64,000 nt of DNA. Origin: an uncultured Nitrospiraceae bacterium. GTDB lineage: Bacteria; Nitrospirota; Nitrospiria; Nitrospirales; Nitrospiraceae. Under the pieces are notes generated by a model. It ran no database searches and was not told the DNA's origin. It worked only from the letters and a program-made list of their open reading frames with translations. This document shows positions 14,873-23,767 of this stretch, one piece after another. Position 1 is the stretch's first letter. Every line of letters begins with the position of its first letter. The DNA is taken from contig CAVSTP010000004.1 of assembly GCA_963730935.1 (NCBI GenBank), forward strand, positions 1,664,001 through 1,728,000. Direction: 5' to 3'. The translations under genes and the position numbers were made by a program.

Positions 14873-15877
14873 ATGCCTGACTTGCGGCGCGACCCCATCG
14901 TAGGTCGCTGGGTGATCATTTCGACGGAGCGGAGCGGCCGGCCGCACGACTTCGCGCAGATGCAGCCGATCCGGCCGATCTCGACTGCGCTCTGTCCCTT
15001 CTGCCCGGGACAAGAACGGCTCACGCCGAAGGAAATCATGGCCTACCGTCCGCAGCCCGCCGAAGCGGATGTGCCCAATTGGACGGTGCGGGTCGTCCCG
15101 AACAAGTTCCCCGCCTTGCAAGTGGAAGGTGATCTCGGCCGCGAAGGTTTGGGACTCTATGATCGGATGAACGGGATTGGCGCGCACGAAGTCATTATTG
15201 AAACGCCCGGACACAAAGATAGCCTGGCCGACATGCCGACCAGGTGCATCGAAGACGTGCTCTGGGCCTACCGCGACCGCATCATCGATCTGAAAAGGGA
15301 CCTCCGCCTGCGGTACATTCTGATCTTCAAGAACCACGGCGCTGCGGCGGGCGCCACGCTCGAGCACAGCCACTCGCAATTGATTGCGCTACCGGTGATT
15401 CCGACCAATGTCATGAGTGAGATCGAGGGCTGCCGTGCCCATTACCAGCAGAAGGAACGGTGCATCTACTGCGACATTCTCAGGCAGGATCTTGCGGACG
15501 GCGACCGGATCGTGGCCGACAGCCCGGAGTTTCTCTGCGTCACACCGTTCGCGCCGCGGTTTCCGTTTGAAATGTGGATACTCCCCAAGCGGCATGCCGG
15601 CTACTTTGAAGAGAGCCAGAAACAGCAGTTTGAGTTTCTCGCGCCGATCCTTTCGGAATCGCTCCGGCGCATGGACAAGGTTCTCTCGAAACCTGCCTAC
15701 AACTTCGTCCTCCACAGCTCGCCGCTGCATGGACAAACCGGCGATTTCTATCACTGGCACATCGAAATCATCCCCAAGCTCACGCAGGTCGCCGGCTTCG
15801 AATGGGGCACGGGGTTCTATATCAACCCCGTCTCGCCGGAAGAGGCGGCCAAATGCCTGCGTGAAGCGGCCTTATAG
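14873..15877 (+). CDS. galT: GalT-family hexose-1-phosphate nucleotidyltransferase
   Basis: ERSGRP, CPFCPG, VRVVPNKFPAL, GAHEVIIETP, FKNHGAAAGATLEHSHSQ, YHWHIEIIP, AGFEWGTG. Confidence 0.85.
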   Translation: MPDLRRDPIVGRWVIISTERSGRPHDFAQMQPIRPISTALCPFCPGQERLTPKEIMAYRPQPAEADVPNWTVRVVPNKFPALQVEGDLGREGLGLYDRMNGIGAHEVIIETPGHKDSLADMPTRCIEDVLWAYRDRIIDLKRDLRLRYILIFKNHGAAAGATLEHSHSQLIALPVIPTNVMSEIEGCRAHYQQKERCIYCDILRQDLADGDRIVADSPEFLCVTPFAPRFPFEMWILPKRHAGYFEESQKQQFEFLAPILSESLRRMDKVLSKPAYNFVLHSSPLHGQTGDFYHWHIEIIPKLTQVAGFEWGTGFYINPVSPEEAAKCLREAAL

Positions 15878-15924
15878 CTCGCTCCTTCCTTGCTCCTGAT
15901 CTGTCTGGCAGCCTATGATGCGGC

Positions 15925-16125
15925 ATGCAGGTTCAACTTAGTCATCCCGCGCGAACTGTTGACGTCAAAGGTCCCAAACGCGCCAAAGACGTCCTGCGCG
16001 AGCTAAATCTCGTCGTCGAGGCGCATTTGGTAATCCGCGGCGATGAGTTGGTCACCGAAGACGAAATGCTCAGTGATAAGGACCAGATCGAGATCAGACC
16101 CGTGATTTCAGGCGGGGCTCCATAA
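15925..16125 (+). CDS. ttuB: Ubiquitin-like sulfur carrier, TtuB/ThiS/MoaD family
   Basis: 66 aa beta-grasp pattern: VDVKG..KDVLRELNL..LVIRGDELVTEDE..DQIEIRPVISGG followed by AP. Resembles Thermus TtuB from memory. Preceded by TTGCTC-N18-TATGAT, 5 nt before the ATG. Confidence 0.75.
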   Translation: MQVQLSHPARTVDVKGPKRAKDVLRELNLVVEAHLVIRGDELVTEDEMLSDKDQIEIRPVISGGAP

Positions 16126-16204
16126 CAGACAGTCCCTGCTGTCCCTACGCTCTACCTCCGCCCCCTGGCCGATTCCCTGCAGATGAGCACACGATGCGCG
16201 CAGG

Positions 16205-16783
16205 CTACTTGGGCGGGAAATGCGAGAGAATCTTGTGAACCATGGCTTTGGTTCGCTCGTCTCGTTGTTGAGAGGTCAACCCCGGGTCAACCTCGCCGGC
16301 AGCGGTTCCCCTCCAGACGAGTTTCTTTGAGGCGGCATCGATGACGTCGATGAGCAGCGAGCCTGTGAGATACGAGGGCGTCTCATTGAGGCTAGGCGCG
16401 GATCCACTCGCCGACCGTGAATCTGCAGAATGCGAGAAGGGATGTCCTGCCATGCCATCTGAATAATATTGGGTCGAAATGCTCGGCGAGCTGTCCTTGA
16501 GCCCGACATGGTACGCCACATAGAAATCCGGTGTTCCTTCAGGCAACGTTTGATACCCCTTCAGGCGTAACTGCGTACCCACAGCGATGCGAATCCGCAT
16601 ATCCACGGCACTGCTATCGGCGCGCCGGTCACCCGTCTTTTCCTGATCGCCCGACAGCCAAGCATAGGTGTGATAGGCGCTGAAATCCGTGCTGCGATCA
16701 AAGTCGTACCCGATTTTGGGCGATGGTGCACAGCCGGCGGCCGTCCCCATCACCGCGAGGAAGAAACACAGCCATATCCTCAT
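16205..16783 (-). CDS. DUF4136 domain lipoprotein
   Basis: Lipobox AAGC; YDFDRSTDFSAYHTYAW, PDFYVAY, GSLLIDVIDAASKKLVWRG, FPP. Confidence 0.85.
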   Translation of the reverse strand: MRIWLCFFLAVMGTAAGCAPSPKIGYDFDRSTDFSAYHTYAWLSGDQEKTGDRRADSSAVDMRIRIAVGTQLRLKGYQTLPEGTPDFYVAYHVGLKDSSPSISTQYYSDGMAGHPFSHSADSRSASGSAPSLNETPSYLTGSLLIDVIDAASKKLVWRGTAAGEVDPGLTSQQRDERTKAMVHKILSHFPPK

Positions 16784-16810
16784 GTTCGCCCAACTCCGAT
16801 GGTGAAGGGT

Positions 16811-17350
16811 TTACTGAGGGGGAAAATGTGACAGCATGGCACTGACAATGTTGGTCACCCGTGCATCCCGCTCTTTGGGGTCCAGACTCTGGTCAACGTC
16901 CGCCTGAGCTGACGCCTGCCAGATCAGTTCACGGGATTGGGCATCGACGATGTCGATCGTGAGCGTGCCCTCGTGATAAGGCTGGATGTCGCTGATCGTG
17001 GTAAACGTTCCATGTGCCCGGTCGCCGATGTAGTTCTGTGTGGACGCGCCCTTCAGCATGTCTTTCATGCCTGCGTGATAGGCCACGACAAAGTCAGGGC
17101 TGGCGTTGGAAGACGCAAGGTATCCTTTTGCGCGAAGTTCCCTCTCAATGGCAGTGCGGATGCGGGCATCCACGAGGGAACTGTCCAGACGCCGGTCTCC
17201 CGTCGCTTCTTGTGCCACGGAGACCCACGCATAGGTATGGTACCGGTTGAAATTGGCGCTGCGGTCGTAATCGTAACCGACCTTCGGCGAAGAACATGCG
17301 GCGGCCAAAGCAGCCAAGAAGATCGAGTATGCAGGTAGGCGCCATCGCAT
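16811..17350 (-). CDS. DUF4136 domain lipoprotein (tandem paralog)
   Basis: Lipobox AAAC; YDYDRSANFNRYHTYAW, PDFVVAY, EGTLTIDIVDA..LIWQA, FPP. Confidence 0.85.
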   Translation of the reverse strand: MRWRLPAYSIFLAALAAACSSPKVGYDYDRSANFNRYHTYAWVSVAQEATGDRRLDSSLVDARIRTAIERELRAKGYLASSNASPDFVVAYHAGMKDMLKGASTQNYIGDRAHGTFTTISDIQPYHEGTLTIDIVDAQSRELIWQASAQADVDQSLDPKERDARVTNIVSAMLSHFPPQ

Positions 17351-17374
17351 AGATGCCGCCGCATGGTAGCAAAT

Positions 17375-18901
17375 TTAACTGGTTCTCAAAAGCGGCAAGG
17401 TCAGGGTGGCAATGGTGCCGCCACCGGGCGACGATTGAACGTCGAACGATCCTCCCAGCGCCGTCATCCGCTCCCGGATACTGAAGAGCCCGAATTTGGA
17501 TGACCCGGCACCGCTCGGCGCCCCGGCAGCAGCGGCGGCGTTCACGTCGAAGCCCGACCCTTGGTCGCGCACATGTATCTGTAACTGGTCGTCACTGTAT
17601 TCGAGCTCGACGCTGGCTTCGCCCGTCCCCGCATATTTCGACGCGTTGATCAACAGTTCACGGACAGACTGAAACAGCAGCACCGCTTGATCCTCCGGCA
17701 AGACGAGCTCTAGCTGTTCCGGTACGTTTACCGTCACGCGCAGCGAAAGTTTCTGCATATACTCGCCCAGCCATTTCAGCGCTGCCGGAAGCCCGTGATC
17801 ACGCAAGACCGAGGGACTTAATTCGGCCACTAAGGTCCGGGTATACCGGAGCGCGTCGGACAACACGTCGTCCACCTGTCTCATCACCTCGGTGAGCGCA
17901 GGATCCGGCTGGGCAGACCGCTTCCCTTGTCCAATCTTGAGCTTCCCGAGCACCAGGAGATGCTGCAGGTGATCGTGCAACTCCATAGCCAGCCGTTTCC
18001 GCTCCTGCTGCTCGGCGAGATTCAGCTCGGTCGCCAAGGCCCGGAGCTGCTGTGTGCGCTCGGTGATCCGTTCTTCGAGATGTTTCGTCAAGTCGGCCAA
18101 GGCTTCTTCAGTCCGTTTGCGCTTGATGATCTCACCCAACAAGGTAGCCTCACTCCTCAGCCGTGCTTTCGCCACCGCCACGATAAATTGCGGACGGGAC
18201 GGCATGTTGGCGCTGAGTTCTCGGAGTTTCTCTAACGAGACCCCGTAACGCTCGGCCACTTCCATCAGCCGCTCGTCTTCCTTCGGCGGATCCCCATATC
18301 CCATGGTGATGCTTCCGACCATTTCTCCGTCGACTTTGATCGGCGCGGCATATAGGTTGATCCCACCTTTGCAGGGCATGTCGGCCGGCTGGCCAGTCTC
18401 CATCGCACGGGCCGACACTTCCCTTCCGGACTCGCGACAATGCCACTCCCCACTCGCCAATGCCGCCTGATTGTCCGTTGTTCCACAACGCGCCCGCGAC
18501 GCCTGGTCCAGAAACCGGCACCAGTCGGACGCAACGAGACATGAGGCGTAGTCTCCATTTTTTTCGCAAACGGACCCTGAAGTCCCGATAAGATGCAGCG
18601 CATCACCGGCGACATTGGCAAGGAGATCCTTGCCGACCGTACGAAGAATGGTCCGTTCGGTGTTGAGCTCGGTTAGTTCTCCATAAGGCTGCGGCTTCGG
18701 GACTCTAAAGGGTTTCCTGCCTTCCCGTAGGAGCCATGCGATGGCCTTGAGCTCTGCTTCCACATGCCTGCGCTGCGCGAGCAGCATGCGGATCGCAAAC
18801 GCCGCAAGAACCAGAAGGGACCCAGCCAAATATTTTCGACCCGGCGCGCTTCTGCCGAGCAGAATTTCCTTGATCGGGAATGTGGAGGACATCAATTGCA
18901 T
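17375..18901 (-). CDS. Sensor histidine kinase with PocR-like domain, HisKA_3 and HATPase (start uncertain)
   Basis: One N-terminal TM; PocR-like WCRFL...HCRES...PCKGGINLYAAPIKVDGEMVGSI; ERKRLAMELHD; ELLINASKYA, DQGSGF, FGLFSIRER, GGGT. Confidence 0.8.
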   Translation of the reverse strand: MQLMSSTFPIKEILLGRSAPGRKYLAGSLLVLAAFAIRMLLAQRRHVEAELKAIAWLLREGRKPFRVPKPQPYGELTELNTERTILRTVGKDLLANVAGDALHLIGTSGSVCEKNGDYASCLVASDWCRFLDQASRARCGTTDNQAALASGEWHCRESGREVSARAMETGQPADMPCKGGINLYAAPIKVDGEMVGSITMGYGDPPKEDERLMEVAERYGVSLEKLRELSANMPSRPQFIVAVAKARLRSEATLLGEIIKRKRTEEALADLTKHLEERITERTQQLRALATELNLAEQQERKRLAMELHDHLQHLLVLGKLKIGQGKRSAQPDPALTEVMRQVDDVLSDALRYTRTLVAELSPSVLRDHGLPAALKWLGEYMQKLSLRVTVNVPEQLELVLPEDQAVLLFQSVRELLINASKYAGTGEASVELEYSDDQLQIHVRDQGSGFDVNAAAAAGAPSGAGSSKFGLFSIRERMTALGGSFDVQSSPGGGTIATLTLPLLRTS

Positions 18902-19142
18902 GTATTTCGACGATTGAGGCTTTCCGAAGTGAGCACACCTATCCGAGGACGTAGTAACGGCAAGCCGCATGCCCAACCATTGCGGTCGGTTGGATTTACA
19001 ACATCATGATTTCACGCGGATCCGCGTCGAAGAGAGACGCTCGTATTGTATGGCTGTATGGAGACGACTACGGCCGATCTTCGACATTAGACGGTGGGTT
19101 TTCCCTGAGATAGACTCGGGCGACGATGGGACTGGCCTGAAG

Positions 19143-20174
19143 ATGTCAGTGAATTTCCGACACCCGCCAGTACTGTGGTTCACTCTCATCATACTGTTCA
19201 TCCTGACCCCTTCGATCGAGGGCTTCGCATTCGACTGGGTGCCGACCGAAGAGGAACTGGCCAAGTACCGCAACAGCTGGAATCCGCCTACACACGGCAC
19301 CTCGTTTACCTCGAACGCAGATGTGACTCGGCAAGGTCAGTGGTTTGTCCGCGCCTATATCCAAGGCATGATCGGGTCCGGCGAGTCTCAACGTACGGCG
19401 ACTTCGCAGAGCGTTGCTTCTCCCTTCAGCCCGGATGCGGTCATGCCGGCGGTCACGTTGTACTACGGTCTCACCCACCACGTAATGGTAGGGGTCGGCG
19501 TCTCTGCGGTGTACTGGCATTCCAGTACTCCCGAGCCGGACGGGCGAATCTCGGGTGCAGGAATCGGCACCACCAATCTGATTGTCAAATACCGGCCCAT
19601 TGTGCAAGATCCCAACACTTGGAAACCTTCCATCGCCTTCTATAGTAGGCTCTCGCTGCCGACAAACCGCTGGTTTGGAACGCCGGAAATTCCCGGCGGG
19701 TTCACGCCTCTCTCGCGCGTACCCTCGAGCCGCTTCGGGGCGGTTGCCGTGACGGAGGGCATTCTGGTTCGGAAGAACCTCGAGCCGTTCCGAATCACGG
19801 GCAATGTGTACTATTCGTACAATTTTCCGGGATCGGGGTCGGAACCGGGCGTGACCGTCTACGGAGGAGATCTGATCAACACGCACCTGGCGCTCGAGCA
19901 TGTCCTCGACGAGGAGACTGGATTCGGCTATCTCGTTGAAATGACCACTCTGCGGCAGCTCAACGGCAGATTAGACGGCCATGCAGTCAACACGGTTCCG
20001 GCCACCTTTTGGCTTGTGGGCATTCAGCCGGGCCTCGAATACACCTTCGCGCGCTATGAGTCTGGCGCAAAGCTCGTCGGCGCGATCGGCGTGATGTTCA
20101 CCGTCGCCGGGCAAGACGACATCCGGGCCATATATCCGAATATCAGCTTCAAGTACTTTTTCGAGCAAAACTAA
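19143..20174 (+). CDS. Secreted protein, probable outer-membrane beta-barrel/transporter
   Basis: Signal peptide MSVNFRHPPVLWFTLIILFILTPSIEGFA; amphipathic beta-strand pattern; C-terminal aromatic ISFKYFF. The ORF-track start (18969) is probably too early. Confidence 0.6.
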   Translation: MSVNFRHPPVLWFTLIILFILTPSIEGFAFDWVPTEEELAKYRNSWNPPTHGTSFTSNADVTRQGQWFVRAYIQGMIGSGESQRTATSQSVASPFSPDAVMPAVTLYYGLTHHVMVGVGVSAVYWHSSTPEPDGRISGAGIGTTNLIVKYRPIVQDPNTWKPSIAFYSRLSLPTNRWFGTPEIPGGFTPLSRVPSSRFGAVAVTEGILVRKNLEPFRITGNVYYSYNFPGSGSEPGVTVYGGDLINTHLALEHVLDEETGFGYLVEMTTLRQLNGRLDGHAVNTVPATFWLVGIQPGLEYTFARYESGAKLVGAIGVMFTVAGQDDIRAIYPNISFKYFFEQN

Positions 20175-20197
20175 CCTCGTTCAATGGAGGAGGGATC

Positions 20198-20998
20198 ATG
20201 CCAATAATGGACCTCATCACGGAATACGTGATTCGCTACGGCTTTCAAGTCTTGGGCGCGATCTTTGTCTTTGCCGTAGGTGCGCTGGTCGCTCGGTGGG
20301 CCGGGAAACTCGCGCAGCAGTGGCTCGAGCGTCACGACATGGAGCCACCGGTTCGCATGCTGCTGGTCAAAACCCTTCAGGTCTTGGTTCTGTTGTTTAC
20401 CACGATGGCGGCGTTGGGCCAGTTGGGGGTACAGATTGCGCCGTTACTTGCCGGGATCGGCGTTGCCGGATTGGGGGTTGGCCTGGCGCTTCAAGGCGTG
20501 CTGAGCAACATCATCGCTGGACTCTCGATCATCTTTACCAAGCCCTATCGAGTGGGTGAACATATCTCGATTCTCGGAGTGCAGGGCGATGTGGTCATCA
20601 TCAACTTGTTCTCCACGACGCTCATCCACCCCGACCGCTCGCGAGTGGTCATTCCCAACAAGAAAATCGTCGGAGAAATTCTTCACAACTTCAGCACCAT
20701 CCGCCAACTGCACCTCGCAGTTACGGTCGCCTATTCCACGAACCTCACTGAAGCGCTCGCGCTCGTCCGTTCCATCCTGGCCGCGAATTCTGGAGTGCTC
20801 AAAGATCCGGCGCCCGGGGTTGGCGTCTCCAAGCTTGGAGATTCAGGAATTACCATTTCAATCGATCCCTGGGTTTCGGTGGCGGACTATGGAAGAGTTC
20901 AAGGGGAGTTAAACCAGGTCCTTGTCGAGCGGTTCCAATCGGCTGACATTCAGATTCCGTATCCTCAGCATGAGGTGCGGCTCCTATCGGCAACATGA
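20198..20998 (+). CDS. mscS: Small-conductance mechanosensitive channel
   Basis: GIGVAGLGVGLALQGVLSNIIAG, KPYRVGEHI, VVIPN, IQIPYPQ; GGAGGAGG RBS. Confidence 0.9.
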   Translation: MPIMDLITEYVIRYGFQVLGAIFVFAVGALVARWAGKLAQQWLERHDMEPPVRMLLVKTLQVLVLLFTTMAALGQLGVQIAPLLAGIGVAGLGVGLALQGVLSNIIAGLSIIFTKPYRVGEHISILGVQGDVVIINLFSTTLIHPDRSRVVIPNKKIVGEILHNFSTIRQLHLAVTVAYSTNLTEALALVRSILAANSGVLKDPAPGVGVSKLGDSGITISIDPWVSVADYGRVQGELNQVLVERFQSADIQIPYPQHEVRLLSAT

Positions 20999-21065
20999 GG
21001 AACCAGCTGCTAGACTCGAGGATATCTCATTGCAATCGGGCTTTGGCTGCTCGTATCATCGACCC

Positions 21066-22004
21066 ATGAACTGCACGAAATGTAAGACCAAAGCGGTCAT
21101 CAAGATCCCCCGGCACCATGCGGCCTTCTGTAAAGGTTGCTTCACGACTTTTATCCATGATCAGGTGGCGCGGGCGATCAAGTCCGAAAGAATGTTCGGA
21201 AAGGACGATCGCATTCTTGTGGCAGTCTCTGGCGGGAAAGACAGTCTGGCGCTGTGGGATATCCTGCTCAAGCTCGAGTACAAGGCGGACGGGTTCTACG
21301 TCAACCTGGGGATCGGCGGCTATTCAGAACGCTCCTATCGGATGGTTCAACGGTTTGCCGACTCGGTGGCCGTTCCGGCCGGCTCGGTCCTCCACACCCA
21401 CACGGTGGAGCAGGAGGAAGGCGCCGGTATCAAGGAACTCGCGCAGTTAGTCCATCGGCCCACCTGCTCTACATGTGGCACCATCAAACGCTATCAATTT
21501 AACCGCGCCGCGGTCGAACGGGACTATGACGTGATGGCCACGGGTCACAATCTGGACGACGAAGCCGCCCGTTTGCTCGGCAATGTGCTGCATTGGCAGG
21601 AGGATTATCTGGAGAAACAGAGGCCCTCCCTGCCCGCTTCGGTCGATGGATTCGCGAAGAAGGTCAAACCGCTCTACCGCCTCTCAGAGCGGGAACTTGC
21701 CGCCTATTGCGTCCTGAATAAGATCGAGTACATCGTGGACGAATGTCCGATGGCCCAAGGCGCGCGCACGCTCCTATATAAGGAGGTGCTCAACCGCCTG
21801 GAAACCGAGTCGCCGGGCACCAAGCAGTACTTCTATTGGGGTTTTCTCGAAACGCAGCGCGAGAAGCGGTCCTCTCCCGTCGCCATGACCGAAAAGGATC
21901 AGGCCATGCTCCATCCCTGCAGCACGTGCGGACAGCCGACTACGGCAGAGATCTGTTCGTACTGCAGATTGATGGCGCGCGCCAAGCGGGAAGTGCCGGG
22001 TTGA
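21066..22004 (+). CDS. ttuA: tRNA 2-thiolation enzyme, TtuA/Ncs6 family
   Basis: N-terminal Zn finger (CTKC..FCKGC), PP-loop SGGKDS, CSTC, ATGHNLDDEA, ECP, C-terminal Zn finger (CSTCG..CSYC). Start is 6 nt after TTGCAA-N18-TATCAT. Confidence 0.85.
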   Translation: MNCTKCKTKAVIKIPRHHAAFCKGCFTTFIHDQVARAIKSERMFGKDDRILVAVSGGKDSLALWDILLKLEYKADGFYVNLGIGGYSERSYRMVQRFADSVAVPAGSVLHTHTVEQEEGAGIKELAQLVHRPTCSTCGTIKRYQFNRAAVERDYDVMATGHNLDDEAARLLGNVLHWQEDYLEKQRPSLPASVDGFAKKVKPLYRLSERELAAYCVLNKIEYIVDECPMAQGARTLLYKEVLNRLETESPGTKQYFYWGFLETQREKRSSPVAMTEKDQAMLHPCSTCGQPTTAEICSYCRLMARAKREVPG

Positions 22005-22036
22005 TCTCGTCAAAATCGGCATTACCTTTTTAACTC

Positions 22037-23089
22037 ATGGCGACTACTCCACGCGATTTCTACCAGGTCCTCGGTCTTCCTCGCACGGCCTCGGCCGAAG
22101 ACATCAAGAAGGCCTATCGGCGATTGGCCCGCCAATATCATCCTGATCTCCACTCCGGGTCAAAGAAGGCCGAGATGGAGAAAAAGTTCAAAGAACTGAA
22201 CGAAGCCCACGAAATCCTCTCCGATCCGGATAAACGCAAAAAATACGATCAGTACGGAGCCCAATGGGAGCAGGCCGAAGCCTTTGAAAAGGCGCGTCAG
22301 CAGGCCGGTGCGGGTGCGCAAGGGTTCCGCTGGGAACAGGCAGGACCTGGCGGTGGCGGAGCTGATTTCAACAGCGAAGCCTACTCTGACATCTTTGAAA
22401 ATCTGTTCCGCGGGGGTGGTCGGACCGGGGGAACACGCGGATTCTCTGTGCCCGGTGAGGATTTGGAGGCGGAGGTCGAACTGACGTTACGCGAAGTGCT
22501 GTCCGGCGTCACCAAACGGGTCAATTTGCGGGAACCGATCCCCTGTTCGACCTGCCAGGGAACCGGCACATTGCGCGGGCGTACCTGCCCGACCTGCCTT
22601 GGGTCAGGCTCCACCACGGAATTGAAAACCCTCGAGGTCAAAATCCCGGCCGGCGTCCAGGAAGGCACACGCGTCCGGGTAGGAGGCAAGGGCCAGCCCG
22701 GGTCGAACGGTGGAAAGCGCGGCGACCTCTACCTGTACGTCAGGATCAAGCCGGACCCCATTTTCCGTCGCGAAGGCAGCGATATTCACGTGACCCTGCC
22801 CGTCTATTCCTGGGAAGCGGTACTCGGGGCAGAGGTCATGGCACCAACGCTCACCGAACCGGTCAAAGTGAAAGTCCCGCCCGGCAGTAAGGCGGACAGC
22901 AAGCTTCGGCTCAAAGACAAGGGCCTGCCGTCGGCCGGCGGGGGACATGGCGATCTCTTTTTGCATCTGCAGATTGTGGTCCCGCCTACCGTCACGGAAG
23001 AAGAGCGTTCTCTCTACCAGCGGTTAGCCAAAGGAACGCACCCCGATCCGCGCGCCGAGCTGCTGAGGCTCACGCGAATGACCGCATGA
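22037..23089 (+). CDS. DnaJ-class co-chaperone (CbpA/DnaJ-like)
   Basis: J domain with HPD, G/F-rich linker, only two CxxCxGxG motifs, DnaJ C-terminal domain. Confidence 0.9.
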   Translation: MATTPRDFYQVLGLPRTASAEDIKKAYRRLARQYHPDLHSGSKKAEMEKKFKELNEAHEILSDPDKRKKYDQYGAQWEQAEAFEKARQQAGAGAQGFRWEQAGPGGGGADFNSEAYSDIFENLFRGGGRTGGTRGFSVPGEDLEAEVELTLREVLSGVTKRVNLREPIPCSTCQGTGTLRGRTCPTCLGSGSTTELKTLEVKIPAGVQEGTRVRVGGKGQPGSNGGKRGDLYLYVRIKPDPIFRREGSDIHVTLPVYSWEAVLGAEVMAPTLTEPVKVKVPPGSKADSKLRLKDKGLPSAGGGHGDLFLHLQIVVPPTVTEEERSLYQRLAKGTHPDPRAELLRLTRMTA

Positions 23090-23721
23090 CTCCGACCGAG
23101 TATGGGGTGCTGGCCTTCAGCTCCCTATTCGTCATCGTCGATCCCATCGCCACCGTTCCGGCCTTCCTCGCCATGACCGCCCGCTATACGCTCGTACAAC
23201 GGTTGCGCATGGCGCGCGTCGCTTGTCTTGTCGCCGTGATGATTTTAGGCGGCTTCGCGCTTGTTGGTCAGTGGCTGTTCTCACTCTTGGGGATTTCGCT
23301 TGCCGCCGTCCAGGTCGCCGGCGCGCTCGTGCTGTTACTCGTGGCCTTGGACATGTTGCGGGCGCAGCGTTCGCCGGTGCAGGAAACGGCGGCGGAGACG
23401 GCGGAGGGCGCTGCCAAAGACGATATTGCGATTACGCCGCTCGCGGTGCCCATGCTGGCGGGACCCGCCGCCATCTCCACCATTATCCTGTTGGACGCGC
23501 AGGCGCCGTCATGGCTCCATCGAGGCATCCTCCTGGCTTGCGTTGGCCTGGTCGGTCTGGCAAGCTACGGCATCCTGGCTCTGGGTGCATCCGGAGCCAG
23601 GTGGATGAGCCCCCTGGCGGAAAAAATCATCACACGCCTCATGGGCTTGCTGCTCGCCGCCTTGGCCATTCAGTTCCTGTTCAACGGGCTGAAGGGAGAA
23701 GGCGGTTTGTTTGTGCGATAA
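23086..23721 (+). CDS. MarC family membrane protein
   Basis: LFVIVDP, IAITPLAVPMLAGPAAIST, ITRLMGLLLAALAIQF; ATGA overlap with the DnaJ-class gene. Confidence 0.9.
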   Translation: MTPTEYGVLAFSSLFVIVDPIATVPAFLAMTARYTLVQRLRMARVACLVAVMILGGFALVGQWLFSLLGISLAAVQVAGALVLLLVALDMLRAQRSPVQETAAETAEGAAKDDIAITPLAVPMLAGPAAISTIILLDAQAPSWLHRGILLACVGLVGLASYGILALGASGARWMSPLAEKIITRLMGLLLAALAIQFLFNGLKGEGGLFVR

Positions 23722-23767
23722 TGTCGTGTCTACTTCTATCGAGGACGTCAACATAAGGAGGTTTCGC

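Noticed and set aside
16126..21065. Mobile element or prophage between ttuB and ttuA
   Set aside because: No integrase, transposase, terminal repeats or target duplication seen; kept only as a possible insertion.
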